This document shows, one piece after another, positions 11,913 to 24,632 of a stretch of DNA of 64,000 nt. A model generated the notes under the pieces. That model was not told where the DNA came from. It saw nothing but the letters and a program-made list of their open reading frames with translations, and ran no database searches. How positions within the stretch are numbered: position 1 is the first letter of the stretch; every line of letters starts with the position of its first letter. A program made the translations under genes and the position numbers. The stretch covers positions 1,608,263 to 1,672,262 of the forward strand of contig BDGG01000001.1 of NCBI GenBank assembly GCA_001949185.1, given 5' to 3'. This stretch comes from Ramazzottius varieornatus. Taxonomy: Eukaryota; Animalia; Tardigrada.

Positions 11913-12197
11913 TGGGCTGTGGACAAGGTTCCTCAGAAGTCTGGGGTCACGGCGTAGAGACATGATCGATGGAATTTAGACAAGGGCNNNNNNNNNNNNN
12001 NNNNNNNNNNNNNNNNNNNNNNNNNNNNNNNNNNNNNAAGGGCAAGGGAGGGTTTCGGGTTTTTCTTGAAAATTCTCGGCCTCCACATGGCAAGCCACGA
12101 CCCTTACCCTTGGGCTACACTGCCCCCTGCCTAGATTTCCTCGACTATGCCTCTACGCCATGACCCCAGACTTCTGAGAAACCTTGCCCACAGCCCA
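11913..12197. mobile_element. Foldback/MITE spanning an assembly gap
   Basis: ~75-bp inverted arms TGGGCTGTGGACAAGGTTCCTCAGAAGTCTGGGGTCA... / ...TGACCCCAGACTTCTGAGAAACCTTGCCCACAGCCCA around the N run. True length unknown. Confidence 0.8.
11988..12037. other. Assembly gap (50 N)
   Basis: Run of Ns. Confidence 1.
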
Positions 12198-13250
12198 TTT
12201 TTCGTCTTGCGTCTACAAAGAATAAGAGCACGTCACCCGTCGCAGTACCCGTACGAGCGTGATATCCGATCTTCGAACAGTTTTAGAATTTAAAATACGT
12301 ACACTCTATAACCACCTTTAGAGTTCGAACATATTTACCACCAGTCTACGTGAAAGAAGCCTTCGAGCCTTTGATCCACAACTGCGTTCAGGAGGATTCG
12401 CTGACTTCCGGGTCCGTTCTCGATTTATAGTTCGTGCAGGGCTAGCCACAAGTCGATACGAGTACAGGACCTTCCAGATTTATTTCTGAATTACTCAAGA
12501 TAGCAAGCTCACATCTTACATTCCTTCAGATGAACCGTACGTGATTTTGTAGAGCAAAATCACTTTTGAACATGCCATGACCAAATAGTTCTCGACCCTG
12601 GCCAGGAGAAATGAGCAAAGTGTGCGGGTTTGTTAATCGAGCAGATATACGAACATCCGCAGTCAAGATTAAAAGGGATGCCGGCATGGTAATGGTTGGG
12701 CTGGTGTGAGCCATTATCCACAGGGGCTATCCTCGGAAACATGCGACTGTGGGACTTCCCGCAACTGATGCTGCGTGGGTGCACCAGATTTCATGGAGGG
12801 CACCCCTTTAACATTCAGCCGGCTAGCCAGGCTGTGCCTTCAAAAACGTTTCGACGGCACCCCGCAAGGGGTTCATCTAACCAAAGAAAGAACTTCAAAC
12901 CCAAGCCGGTGCCTGCCCTAGTGAAATGCCGCTGAATGGGCACCGTCCAAGATACTGTAGATTACGATAGAATCATGGGGAACGCACTTCCGCCTGTCTT
13001 CCGTCTTTGCTCGATCTACGCACATCGATTTCTACTAGGATCGCTCAGCGCTTTTGGAAGGAGCTCAGAATAAAACATAAAACGTATCCCATCCGCTCCT
13101 CGCCATCGCCGCAGCCACAAGACCAGCCTACTTTCCATTATAGCTAGCTGTTCAAAGTGTAGCATGCGGCAACGTTCAGTAAAAAAGAAAGACAAACTGG
13201 AATGCAGATGGAGAAAGTCGCTCTCACCGAACAAGTCTTTCGAAAAGTCC

Positions 13251-16200
13251 TCAGGGTTCGCAGCGAAGTTGTGCATACGCTGACATGTGATCCAGGCTCT
13301 GGAAACGAATACCCCGTCACCTCTCAACCTTTCGTAATTGTCCCATGGTTGTCAGTCTACTTACCCAGGCAGTTATCGGGCATATTTCTTTCTCCAATTT
13401 AGCGACCAGCGCCTTCTGTAAAACAATCAGGATTTTCACAACAACAAAGTCGAGTGACAGGTGGTTCACTTACTTCCGGGTCCGTCCTCGGTTTCCAGTT
13501 CGTGTAGGGCAAGTTGACCAGCCACGTTCGTAGCTGTTTGTACACATCGACGTGGAAGTCTTCCTTGCCCATACGATATCCCTCTATCACCTTGTTCAGC
13601 ATGTCCACTAGCTTGTAGATTTCCTCCCGCTTCGAAGCTCGCTTCAGGAGGAGCAACACACTGTTCAGCGCCTTCTCGATATCGTTCTCTTTGACTGCTT
13701 TCTCATACAGGGCCATGAACCCTAAACACAAAACCCGAAATCGATTAAAATCTAAACGTCAGTGAATGAAATTATCCACCTCGTTTTACCAAGTGGCGCA
13801 TGCGTTTGTTGATGATAAACGAGAGCGTGCGCCACTTCAAAAAGCGATCTTGTCCCGTTTGTTCGTTTTTCGCAAGTGGTGCACGCTAGAGACCGTGCGC
13901 CACTTGAGACAACGATCTGCGTGAATCCCACTGAATCCATTTGCTGATGTCCCCATTATATCTCAAAAACAACATTCATTCATCCTGTACCGAGAAAGCT
14001 CGTCTTACCGGGGTATCCAAGTCGTCGACAAATCTGGTCCGGCAGCAGCGTCAAGACCGGCATGTCTGCATTGGTGAAACCGACCGAGCCACGTTCCCTC
14101 CTGATGTACTCAACATACCTATCGAAAAAGAAAATACGAAAGTTTGACTAACGGAGTAACTATCTCAGTCACTTATCGATGAAGGTAAAGGTTTGGTTGG
14201 AAGACTGACCGGTCGCCAATCTGCGTCAGAAAGGTCTCGTCAGTCAAGTGCGCAGCTTTGAGGGCTTCCGCATAGTCTCCCTTCTGAGCGAAGGACGCCG
14301 CATCCCGTTTGTATACCTCACGGAGCGCCACAGTCATTCCATCACTTTCCAGTGCGGCTATCACCTCGTTGCGTTGCTGAACGGAAGAAAAGTCGTTTGC
14401 GTTCATCACTTCCACCAATTTCCCCCTACAGAAAAAAATAATAAAAACACACTGATGAAATCCCACACAAAGCAGCCTTACTGAGCTTCTTCGGAGCAGA
14501 ACTGGAAATAACGGATGAACGGCAGCCAATGACCATAACCGATGGCAGTCGAGGCGTATTCGACAATCTGCAGATCTCTCCACTCTGCGGACATTTCTCC
14601 TTCAACCTTCCCAATCTTGATGAGACTCTTCGTACGATGGATGAGATCCCATATGTGCGTGCTGAACCACGTGTTCTTGTGATACTTCCTACGGGGAACA
14701 ACAAATTCAGACATCACAGAAAAAGATGAGATAAAACATCCAGGAGTTGACGAATAAACTTACCTCATAGTTTCAAAGAGATCGTCCCATTCGACCCGCA
14801 AAATGCTTTCGAAAAGCATGGTCAATTCCGGCGAGAAGGCGTCGGTTTGGCAAGCTCCAATCGCTTCCTGAAACCAAAATCATCGCTTAGAGTTCGAAGC
14901 AAACTACCATCACCGTTTTTCGAATGTAATAACATGTTTCGGGAGCTTGCCGAAATTTGCTTGAGGTCGCTGGCGAGACCCGTTGGTGAGACAGGTCCAC
15001 TTGCATACATCAGACGACTAATGAAGAAGGACAACCAAGAAGAGAATTCGGGCCTACAAAAGAAGCAACATGGCCACTTTCAAATGCGATTACGAGCAGT
15101 GAAGAACACCTTTGCTTAACTCACCCGCAAAGACTCCATGCGCGGAAGTCGCCAAGAAGCAACCGTAGGATCTCCGAGACAGTACGGTTGTTCTGGATTT
15201 CCTCCTCCGACAACGATTCTTCGATACCTTCGCGCCAAGTTATTATCTCGTCGAAGGCACTAGGATCGCTCTAAAAATCAAGAATCGCGTAATATTGCTC
15301 ATGCATGGCAGAGACACAACAAGAGCACTTACGAAAACCGGCGCTCCTTCGAGGAGGATCTTCAGGCGAGTTACAGCAAAGGACTGTTGCGTGCGATTGC
15401 TTAGGTAGGGAAGAACTTCGCTGGCTTCGTTCAATTGGCCTGAAAGTCCAGACAAACGATTTAGAATTGCTCTTAGACTCATTGGGGAAAAAAGTATAGT
15501 TACCCAGAAGGACAAAGCGTTTGATCACAATCCAGGTATCGACTTCACTTCCGGTGATGCTTTCCGTTTCCGGCATGGTTCGCAGCGGTGCGTTACTTAG
15601 AGAATTCCGAAACTGAACCAGACGGATAGCATATTGCTCCGAGTACGGCTTGTCGAAATCTGTCGCGAAAACTATGGTACTAAAATTACCTCCAGAAATA
15701 TTAACAGAAAGAGAATTTACCTTCGGTAAATTCAAGGAACACAATCTGGCAAAGTCGCCAAAGATGCACAAGGTTGGTAAACGTGTGAAACTCTTCCTCC
15801 ATTTTCTGCATCGTATTCGGCGGAAGATGTCCATGGTCCAGTGCGTCGTACAAGGCTCGCTGGATCTCTTCAAGCGTACTCAGATACTTCTGGGAATGCT
15901 TCAGAATGCTAAGCGGGACAATCATCGATAAATTACAACCATGATCAATCAACAATCGAGCGAAGGTTCGATGTTACAACATAGCACTGGTGGAGCTGGC
16001 TTACTTATTCTGCAAAGCTTGTTCGGAGAAGGGGGCCTTCAGAGCGTCATCTATTTGAACGTCCCGAAACAGATCTACATCAAGAAAAGCATCTAGTGTA
16101 AGCAGGTAGTCGTTATCGGGGCCCGGAGGCAGCTTACCGTGAGATTTCCTCGCCAGCTGCATCCAACTTTCGCCAAGCTCTGCGATGTCTGCCAGCTCTA

Positions 16201-16525
16201 GTGCATCTTCCGCTGCGACCGTCTGTCGAACTTTGTGCGCAAGCTGCGGCTTCATCCGTGCGTCCATGACAGAGGCTATCGCAATTTGGATGACAGCAAA
16301 GGACTTCGAAGTTGGTGGAATTACTAGAATATATGGAGAAAACCACAAAGTGACATTGCGGAGTAGATGCCTGCCGAAGTCTGCAGCGCATGACGTCATT
16401 GCCGTCCTACGTCATCCAGGAATGGCCACTGTACACAGTGAGCGTCTGGTCCAGCGGCCACCGCGCCAAGCTTCTTCCTGTTCAACAAGGACCCCTCGAA
16501 CTTCATTCGCATAATCGCATTCCAT
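13251..16525 (-). CDS. NUP85: Nucleoporin Nup85 (both termini approximate)
   Basis: Spliced exons give SQKYLSTLEEI, LWRLCQIVFLE, WIVIKRFVLL|GQLNEASEVL, WFSTHIWDLI and LQIVEYASTAIGYGHWLPFIRYFQFC. These match, in order, remembered Nup85 motifs (SKNYRSVI, IWNLCEILFIE, FW..V..LVLQGRLDEA, WFVAHLTDLL, LLLEYAS..W....DYF..C). Confidence 0.8.
13780..13915. repeat. Palindromic dispersed element, double core, Nup85 intron
   Basis: Cores at 13790-13837 (N25) and 13873-13906 (N10). Confidence 0.85.
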
Positions 16526-16799
16526 TATTTGCGATCGACAAAAGACCTCAGTACCCTATCAGTCAAGAGCCGGGTCGTAACCACACGTTGTGTTCTCGGT
16601 CAAATTCTACCAGCTCGTACCATCAGGACCAGAATCGAGTTGCCGGAGTTGCTCTGCTCACAGTTCCATACCATTCCCAATCCTCAACAGACCAGCATGA
16701 GACAAAAAAAATCATTCGGTTCAACCTGTGATTTTACATCGTAACCCAAAGGTTGAAAATGAGTACGACGTGAAAAGAACAGCCTTTAAAACAGGAAAT

Positions 16800-17632
<833 letters not shown>

Positions 17633-18116
17633 GATGAAGCGGTCCTCTTAGACAAACAAGATACAACAGACCCTTGAGAGTTGTTCTAGGCTCAAACAGC
17701 CATCATCAAGTAGCTCTTTTGGGTTCCCAGAAGATTTCACATCGGAAAATGAAATTCCAGCTGGCACAATTCATGAAAAGCCGATTGAAACTTCTGATTC
17801 CACTCTGTGCGACATGCCGATTCCACCTTACTATCCATCGATTTGGCCCAAGCAAACAGAAACGAATGTAGTTTGTCAACATGGACAAGTTGCGCACAGC
17901 CGAACCGGAAATACGACATGAGCACTATTTCTACCATGCACAAGTTACTACGTAGGGTGGAATTACACTGGGGTAGAACGGGAAGTAAGTTTTCCAACCA
18001 GCAGATGGCGCGTCATAAAATCTATTGATAAAATTTATCTAGAAACAAAGCCAAGAGGAACATCTGAAAACTTGAAAAACACATTCCGAAGCACTAAAAA
18101 CACATGCACGAAAAAG

Positions 18117-19144
18117 CTAATAAAATTCTGGAGATTTGGCAACCACCAGGAACCCCGTACCATGATAAACCGTTTGATGCCACTTGATCGTTTGCCTTCG
18201 CAAGCCGAACGGTACGATCCCCGAAAACATGGTCGGGATTAGTTGTGTCTCTCTGAACACTGCCATTACTTCCTTCTCCTTGACAAAATTCCTGAATCGT
18301 TTCGCTTTCCTTCCCGACACACATCCCAGAACCTGCTCCAGTCCGACGATATTCCAGATCAAACCAGCCGGCGTCCTGTTAGCACTGGTCACGATCAACG
18401 CCCCACCTTGCCTCACCAACTTCGCGCAAACCGGAAGTTGGTCTTTCCAGTTCTTTAGCTGATCTAAGGGCTCCGTCACGACCACTACATCGTACGAGTC
18501 TACTCGCTGCTCCAGTAAGACTCTGGCGGACATGTTCAGATACGTCGGTCGACCACTTATCCCTTTTCTTTTCTGCCAGTGAGCACGAGCTGCCAGGATG
18601 ACCGAAGCGTCCGTGTCGATTCCCGTCACTTCCGCCCCAGCTTCCATCAGTAATTCAGTCAGGAACCCAGCTCCACATTGCACCTCCAAAATACGAGCAC
18701 CGAGAAGTGGTGTATGGGAAGGAAAGGCGTCGCTGATGTCTCGTCCAAGAACGACTTTGGAGTAGGTTTCAACCACAACCGGCTGGAGGATCTGCTTGGC
18801 GAACTTGCGTTGCATGACGGCGCTGGTGGCTGACGAGGCCCACCAGAAGTGGACGGAGTCTTTCAACGCTGACTTGGGATCTCCGCGAGCAGTTGGTGAG
18901 TAGGCTTTATTGGTCTCTGAGGGAAGTAGTGCATCCGGAAACGAGGAGAAGTATAAGAGTGATTCCGCCAGTATCCGCAAAGGGATCAGACATATTCTCC
19001 ACCAGCATTCAAAGACTTCCACCTGTAACAATTAACAAAACGCGATGACACAACTACCAGTTTTGCCTGTTTTCAAGTGTTATTGAATTTTACCATCCAG
19101 TGCCAAGGTAGTTTCACGAATTTTCGCAGCTTGGTGCGATGCAT
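18117..19144 (-). CDS. Divergent COQ3/UbiG-like class I SAM methyltransferase
   Basis: Short exon 19144-19094 plus a long exon. LLGARILEVQCGAGFLTELL, GAEVTGID, YDVVVVTE, LVRQGGALIVTSANRT and IVGLEQVLG follow the COQ3 layout. Confidence 0.75.
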
Positions 19145-19600
19145 CGTGTGCTCCTTTTGGAAAGATGAACGTGGTAAGAACCGAGCGGACTAGCATCCGC
19201 AAATTGTGGGCTTAATACGGCAAGATCCAGCGCGAAGAACGTGGCTATGACATGTCAGTCAGTTCCGGAAGTAAGAAATGAGAAAAAGCTTACAAAATAA
19301 AGTCAAGCTATGGTGACGTTTACAATTTCAGTTACGGCCCCAAAGCCCGAAGTGCAAGAATCCAGACTGGTCAAATCTACTTCCGCCGAAGCATTTATTT
19401 CAAACGATGGACAACATGGATCTGCAGTAGGCAAAGTTCAGATAGAAAGACGATGTATATCTTTCACCTTCATTTGTAATGAACAGCGACCTTTGTTCCA
19501 ATGCGAAGCCGAGACGCGAGAACTGAAGCTCACCAAAGTCCGGTTTGGGTGTGGTCTTCCATGCACGTTTGAACCATATATAGCTCAAGTTGTCCAACTA

Positions 19601-19757
19601 CTGTATTCCCCCGATATCTTCGCGAAGCCTGATACTCATGGCGCCACCTACGGAACGTACATGACGTACGGCGGATAGGCGCGTATGTATGAATCTCGTA
19701 CGTCCCGTAGGTGGCGCCACGAGTAACGGGGTTCGCGAAGATATCGGGGTAATACAG
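19601..19757. mobile_element. Palindromic MITE with TA TSD (Tc2/pogo-like CYGTA terminus)
   Basis: CTGTATTCCCCCGATATCTTCGCGAA...GGCGCCACCTACGG / CCGTAGGTGGCGCC...TTCGCGAAGATATCGGGGTAATACAG. TA at 19599-600 and 19758-59. Confidence 0.85.
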
Positions 19758-20735
19758 TAGTGCTCATCGTATAGCAATAATAGCATCTAAGTTATGCCAT
19801 TATCATTATCATACTATCAGTGATTGTCCCGCAAAGTAAAGTAGTAATAAGGTAACTGTAATTCTGTCGTGCTTGCGAACGAGAAGCTGCCTGAAGAAAC
19901 TCTTATATGACCATTGAGGGAAGACCAGCAAATGGCGCAGAGACGACTTTCGCCAGCTGCTTGTCCTGGTTGTCCATGTCTTGGAATTGATCCAACGGTT
20001 TCATCTCCTCAGCCTGCGGGTCAAGGCTTGCTTTCTTCAGCTTCTTCAGTGGTCTTTCTGGCGTCGAATCCATCCCTTCTTCTCAAACCTTCAACCTGCA
20101 AGCAAGGACAAAAGCTGAAAAGACTTGGGGCTAGGGCCTCAACCGGAACTTGCGAGCGTAAAGTTCGAAACGCAATGTAAAAAGCAAACCCAATCAGCAA
20201 TCAGTCTACCAACTCCAAGAGACCATCAGGCGGAGCCGTTTCCGCTGTCGTCCAGGAGCGAAAGGGCGGAATCAGTCGGATTAACTGCGGGACGGATCCG
20301 ACTGGCAGCTGAGCGCAACGATTAAGACGAAACCCCTTAAACTCCCCGAATACTGCAATGTGTTCGCTTGATTGTAGATCAAATTACGTATCTTTATCGC
20401 TAATCAACAGTGATGTTCTGCTGAAGCGCGCGTCTGCCGGAGCATGGCAAGCCAAAACGCGCGAAATTAAAATAGTAGGCCATAAACTTTCCGGAGCCAG
20501 GTCTCGTACATAAGAAACCTTGGCATCGAATCCCAGTAAAAGTGCTTTTTCAAATATTGAGCTAACAGGTGTAGTCAATCAACCGAAGTGTGGTTTTGTT
20601 TCTTTTTCATATCCAAGCTGCGGTGGAGGTTGATTGAATGATTCTTGGTCAGATTTACAATCTTGTACGTCACTTAATGGTTACGTCATGACTAAAATCT
20701 GTCCCGCATTATACGCTGGATTTCCATGTCCCACG

Positions 20736-21448
20736 TAGTGATGTTCTAATATGGGTTAATGAGATCTGATATAATGAAAAAAATATATCCGAAATATATC
20801 TAATATAATAAAAACAAATATCCTAATATAATAAAAACAAATATCCATCAAAGTTCTAATAAGTGACCACCACTATAGTAAAACGCCTACCTGATTTAAT
20901 AAAATATTACTATAGTAGAACTTTCGGGGGTTTGTTATTAAAATATATTTTAATATCGGAGAGCTCGACGGAAGATGTAAAGATTCAGAATCACAACCAT
21001 CAGATCAGCAAAAATACTGTAGTACAGCCTGCACCCTGCACCTGCACACTGTAACATGGCCGATTGAAGTGTCAGACTGTATGCAGGTGCACGATGTTCA
21101 AGGGTATTTATTCTGCAGTAGCCCTACTGTACTGCTGTAGAGGCATCATTATGGTGTGGCGCACTTTATAAGGCGTGGTCGCACAACGAGAAACCAACGC
21201 ACGCGCATCAGAACTCAGCAAATCAACCAGTTTTTCGAATCAGCGGTAGCGTTAACCCGTATTAAAATTTATTTTACTATGGATGATGGACAACTTAATA
21301 ATAATAAAATATGGCACTTCCGGTTTCAAGCTACTAAAATATAAATATTGGAATGCGGTGCCAAATTCTGTTTACTAAATATTACTAAATATAGTAGATG
21401 CTCAAAACATCTACTTTAATATAATATTACGATATTAGAACATCACTC
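20736..21448. mobile_element. Non-autonomous hAT element
   Basis: TIRs TAGTGATGTTCTAATAT / ATATTAGAACATCACTC. 8-bp TSD GTCCCACG / GTCCCATG (7/8). AT-rich interior with a tandem AATAAAAACAAATATCC repeat. Confidence 0.85.
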
Positions 21449-21882
21449 GTCCCATGTTGCTTTGACATATGACGTCAAGGATACTTTACGGCATCCTTCC
21501 TTCCAGCAACGCGCGCTTCAGCGGCACGTCAGCGCTAATCAATTATCATTCGGATGTGCCAATGGATATGTGGGTAAGGGGGTTTGACTGATCAAGGGAT
21601 TCCGTTCCGTCTGCGCGAAGTTTTCAACTTATCTCAAAATTCTTTCATCCCGTAGTGCTTCATTGTACCTCTACCTTCTGCCCGAACTCATCTTGATCAT
21701 CCCGTTTTCCGAAGACTGATCCGAAGAACCTCTATAAAGAATGAGAGCAGCTTGTGCCGTCGGAAGCATCTCGGTCACGAAGGATTTTCTTTAGACCGGG
21801 AGCTGGATTCATATTCCCATCGCTCTGACTTCGGAATCGTTTTGGTATTCTTGTACCATTCTGGACTCTGTCCCTTCGAAAG

Positions 21883-23290
21883 ATGTTGATCATGAGAGGT
21901 CCATATCCAGCGCGGATTGCTGTTAAGGTAAATGGACGAAGCAAGGAGTTGAGTATGTGTGTGTGTACAGAGACAACTGGTATTTCTGTTTCAGTGTATC
22001 TTCGACAGTAATATTCGATCTGGCATCTGCTTCTTACCGAAAAAGCAACTTCATCTTCCAAGATATTTATCCTCGCCTTCCATCATCGTTCCCGTAAGGG
22101 TAAGAGACTGTACATGCGATCTCCTCTATCCAGTTTCTGCTATTCGTAGTTTCATCAAAAATGATTTTCAGATGGTTACGTTTTCTAATCCCTGTCAACT
22201 TTGTTCCCTCGCGAAGAATGCGTCCTGCCTCCATCGCTCGAATTTCGGCCATGACAGAATACTCACGCGATGGAAATCTACAGCCACAAGATCTCACAAA
22301 TACAACACGCAGACCACTGTGAATTATTTAATCGCCATTGGTATTCTCCTCCTCGGAATGAGCTATGCTGCTGTTCCGTTGTACAGAGTATTCTGCCAGG
22401 TAAAATTATTCTTCCGTCTTACCAAGTGTTTCAAACATGCACGCCTAAGTATTCCTGTAGGTGACAGGGATTGGTGGTGCTTCGAATTTGGCCAAGCACG
22501 GTGACGAGAAAGTGGAGAAGCTGGTCAAAGTGGAGGATCGTCAGCTCAGGATACTTTTCACAGCAGATACAGCCTCCCATCTTCATTGGCATTTCAAGCC
22601 GGTCCAGCGCGAAGTTTATGTATGGATCTCCATCCGTCACCGGAAGAAATCGCGTTTCACGCTCTTTTTATTTTATTTCAGGTTTATCCTGGTGAGACAG
22701 CGCTGGCGTTTTATACCGCGAGAAACCCAACAGATCGTCCCATTATCGGGATATCCACCTACACCGTCCTGCCTTTCGAAGCTGCCAAATATCTGAACAA
22801 GATTCAGTGCTTCTGCTTCGAAGAACAGAGACTGAACCCTCATGAGGAGGTAAATTTCTTGTGGAACACAGCATCAGTGTTTTGTCGTTTTAGAAAATCA
22901 AGAGTAGAGCATGTTCGTTTTGCCGTTCCGTGGTTTCCGTTTCCATTCAACGTCATCGCAGCGAGCCAGCGGTGACGTCACGCGTGAGTGAAGCCAAGTC
23001 ATGAGTGTGCCTTCCTCCTTGGGTCCTCGAAAGTGTTCCGGTAATAGCAAATTCCGCTCCTTTGTTTTCAACCGGTCGTGCTGTTTCAGGTTGATATGCC
23101 AGTGTTTTTCTACATCGATCCAGAGTTCGTGAACGACCCATGGCTCCAGAAGACTAGCACAGTCACATTGTCCTACACGTTCTTCGAAGCGAAGGACGGC
23201 TTCAAGTTCATCCCTCCGCAAGGCCTCACTTCTCCCCATAACCGAACGGCTCCTTCGACCTCGCTACAACCTGCAGTAGCTCCCGCGTGA
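21883..23290 (+). CDS. COX11: Cytochrome c oxidase copper chaperone COX11
   Basis: GMSYAAVPLYRVFCQ, VYPGETALAFYTARN, YLNKIQCFCFEEQRL and VDMPVFFYIDPEF. About six exons; start approximate. Confidence 0.96.
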
Positions 23291-24632
23291 TGGAGTAAAC
23301 TTTCTGTCATATCTTTGTGATTTGCTAGATATATTTCGGCTTTTCCGAATCATCGGGTCAGGTCTTTGAATTTTGAGACCGGAGTCTATCTTCAAGTACC
23401 TTCTTTCCCTTTGATTTATTTTATGCTTTTAGATCGGTCAATATTGGGATTTATAGCGAGAAGATTTCGAGGCTTTGGGTGACTGTATTTGCCAGTTGTT
23501 CCTGGTGCTTGTTTGGCAGCTGATAAGCAGTCATAATAGTGTCACAGTGAATGGAACACGGACTGGTGGTTATCTTCATGCTGTCTGTGGCATGTCACAT
23601 CAAACAGTATCCGCCAGTACTTCGAAATTACGCGCGGCATTTAATAAAGGCCTTTTTCATATCTGGAGCTTTAATACTAATCTGTTGTTTGGCGTCAGAC
23701 ATGGATGGTATATGGCTGGAAAGAGCGCCGAACGCGCCTATATTATGTCGGGACGTAAGTACGCGCAACGGTCCAACCATACTTGCGTCGCCATAGCAGG
23801 TTTCCCACGCCTCGTTTCCTGTCGCCATCTTTGTAGGATAGACCACCACTACCAGCAACATTCATACCACAAAAGGCAGCGCCGATGTCATGTCGATACA
23901 AATACAGTAGTAAAACACACACAGCGCTTACAACCTTCGGTGCTGTTCTTTTCCATACTTCTCCTTGAGATCGGCAAACAGACTGTAATCAGATGTGTAT
24001 TTTGCTGAAAGATGTGTTGTTTGCAAAGGTCTTTAGTGTGAAGTACTTTGAAGGTTTATGAAGTATTCAAAACCTCGACGTTGGAGCTCTAATAACTTTT
24101 GAAGTTCTTTCAAGGCAACTGAATTCCTGAACTTCCTTGTCGTTGCTGTCTCTTCTGTATTACACGCACTTCCCCGCTCTTTTCAATTGTTTCGTCCTCG
24201 ATCAGATCCCGCGAACTACTGCACCGAAACTACAGCGTTTCAAAACCCGCCATACTTCTGAATCAAAGCAGTCGGAGTTTTGAAAGGAAGGATTTCCCAG
24301 GTGAGACTTCTGCAGTTGTACTGGTCCAGGCTGTTCCTCCTGTTCGTACTCATCACGAACCACTGTATCACGTGATCCGAACGGTTCTTCATAGAGAAAA
24401 CGAGTCACGTAGCCATTGGTTCGGTTTTGATTTGCATCTGTTATTTTATGAATGTGAATGGATTTTATAGCAATTCTGGTTCCTGTTTTCTCGTTCAGAA
24501 GGAATCTCATCGATTCTTTGGAATGATTCCCACGCCTTCACTCCTATTCTCTTTTCTGATTTCATTCTATCATATCATGGCGTTGTCACTGGATCCTAAC
24601 CCTGCCTTTTTCTTTCCAGACTCTAACACGCC

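Noticed and set aside
13016-16399. Apparently frameshifted novel gene or Cys-cluster transposase
   Set aside because: The frame changes coincide with GT-AG introns, the spliced product is Nup85, and the CCCENPDC text is intronic.
23475-24008. 177-aa and 81-aa ORFs downstream of COX11
   Set aside because: No motifs or splice support; probably UTR or intergenic sequence.
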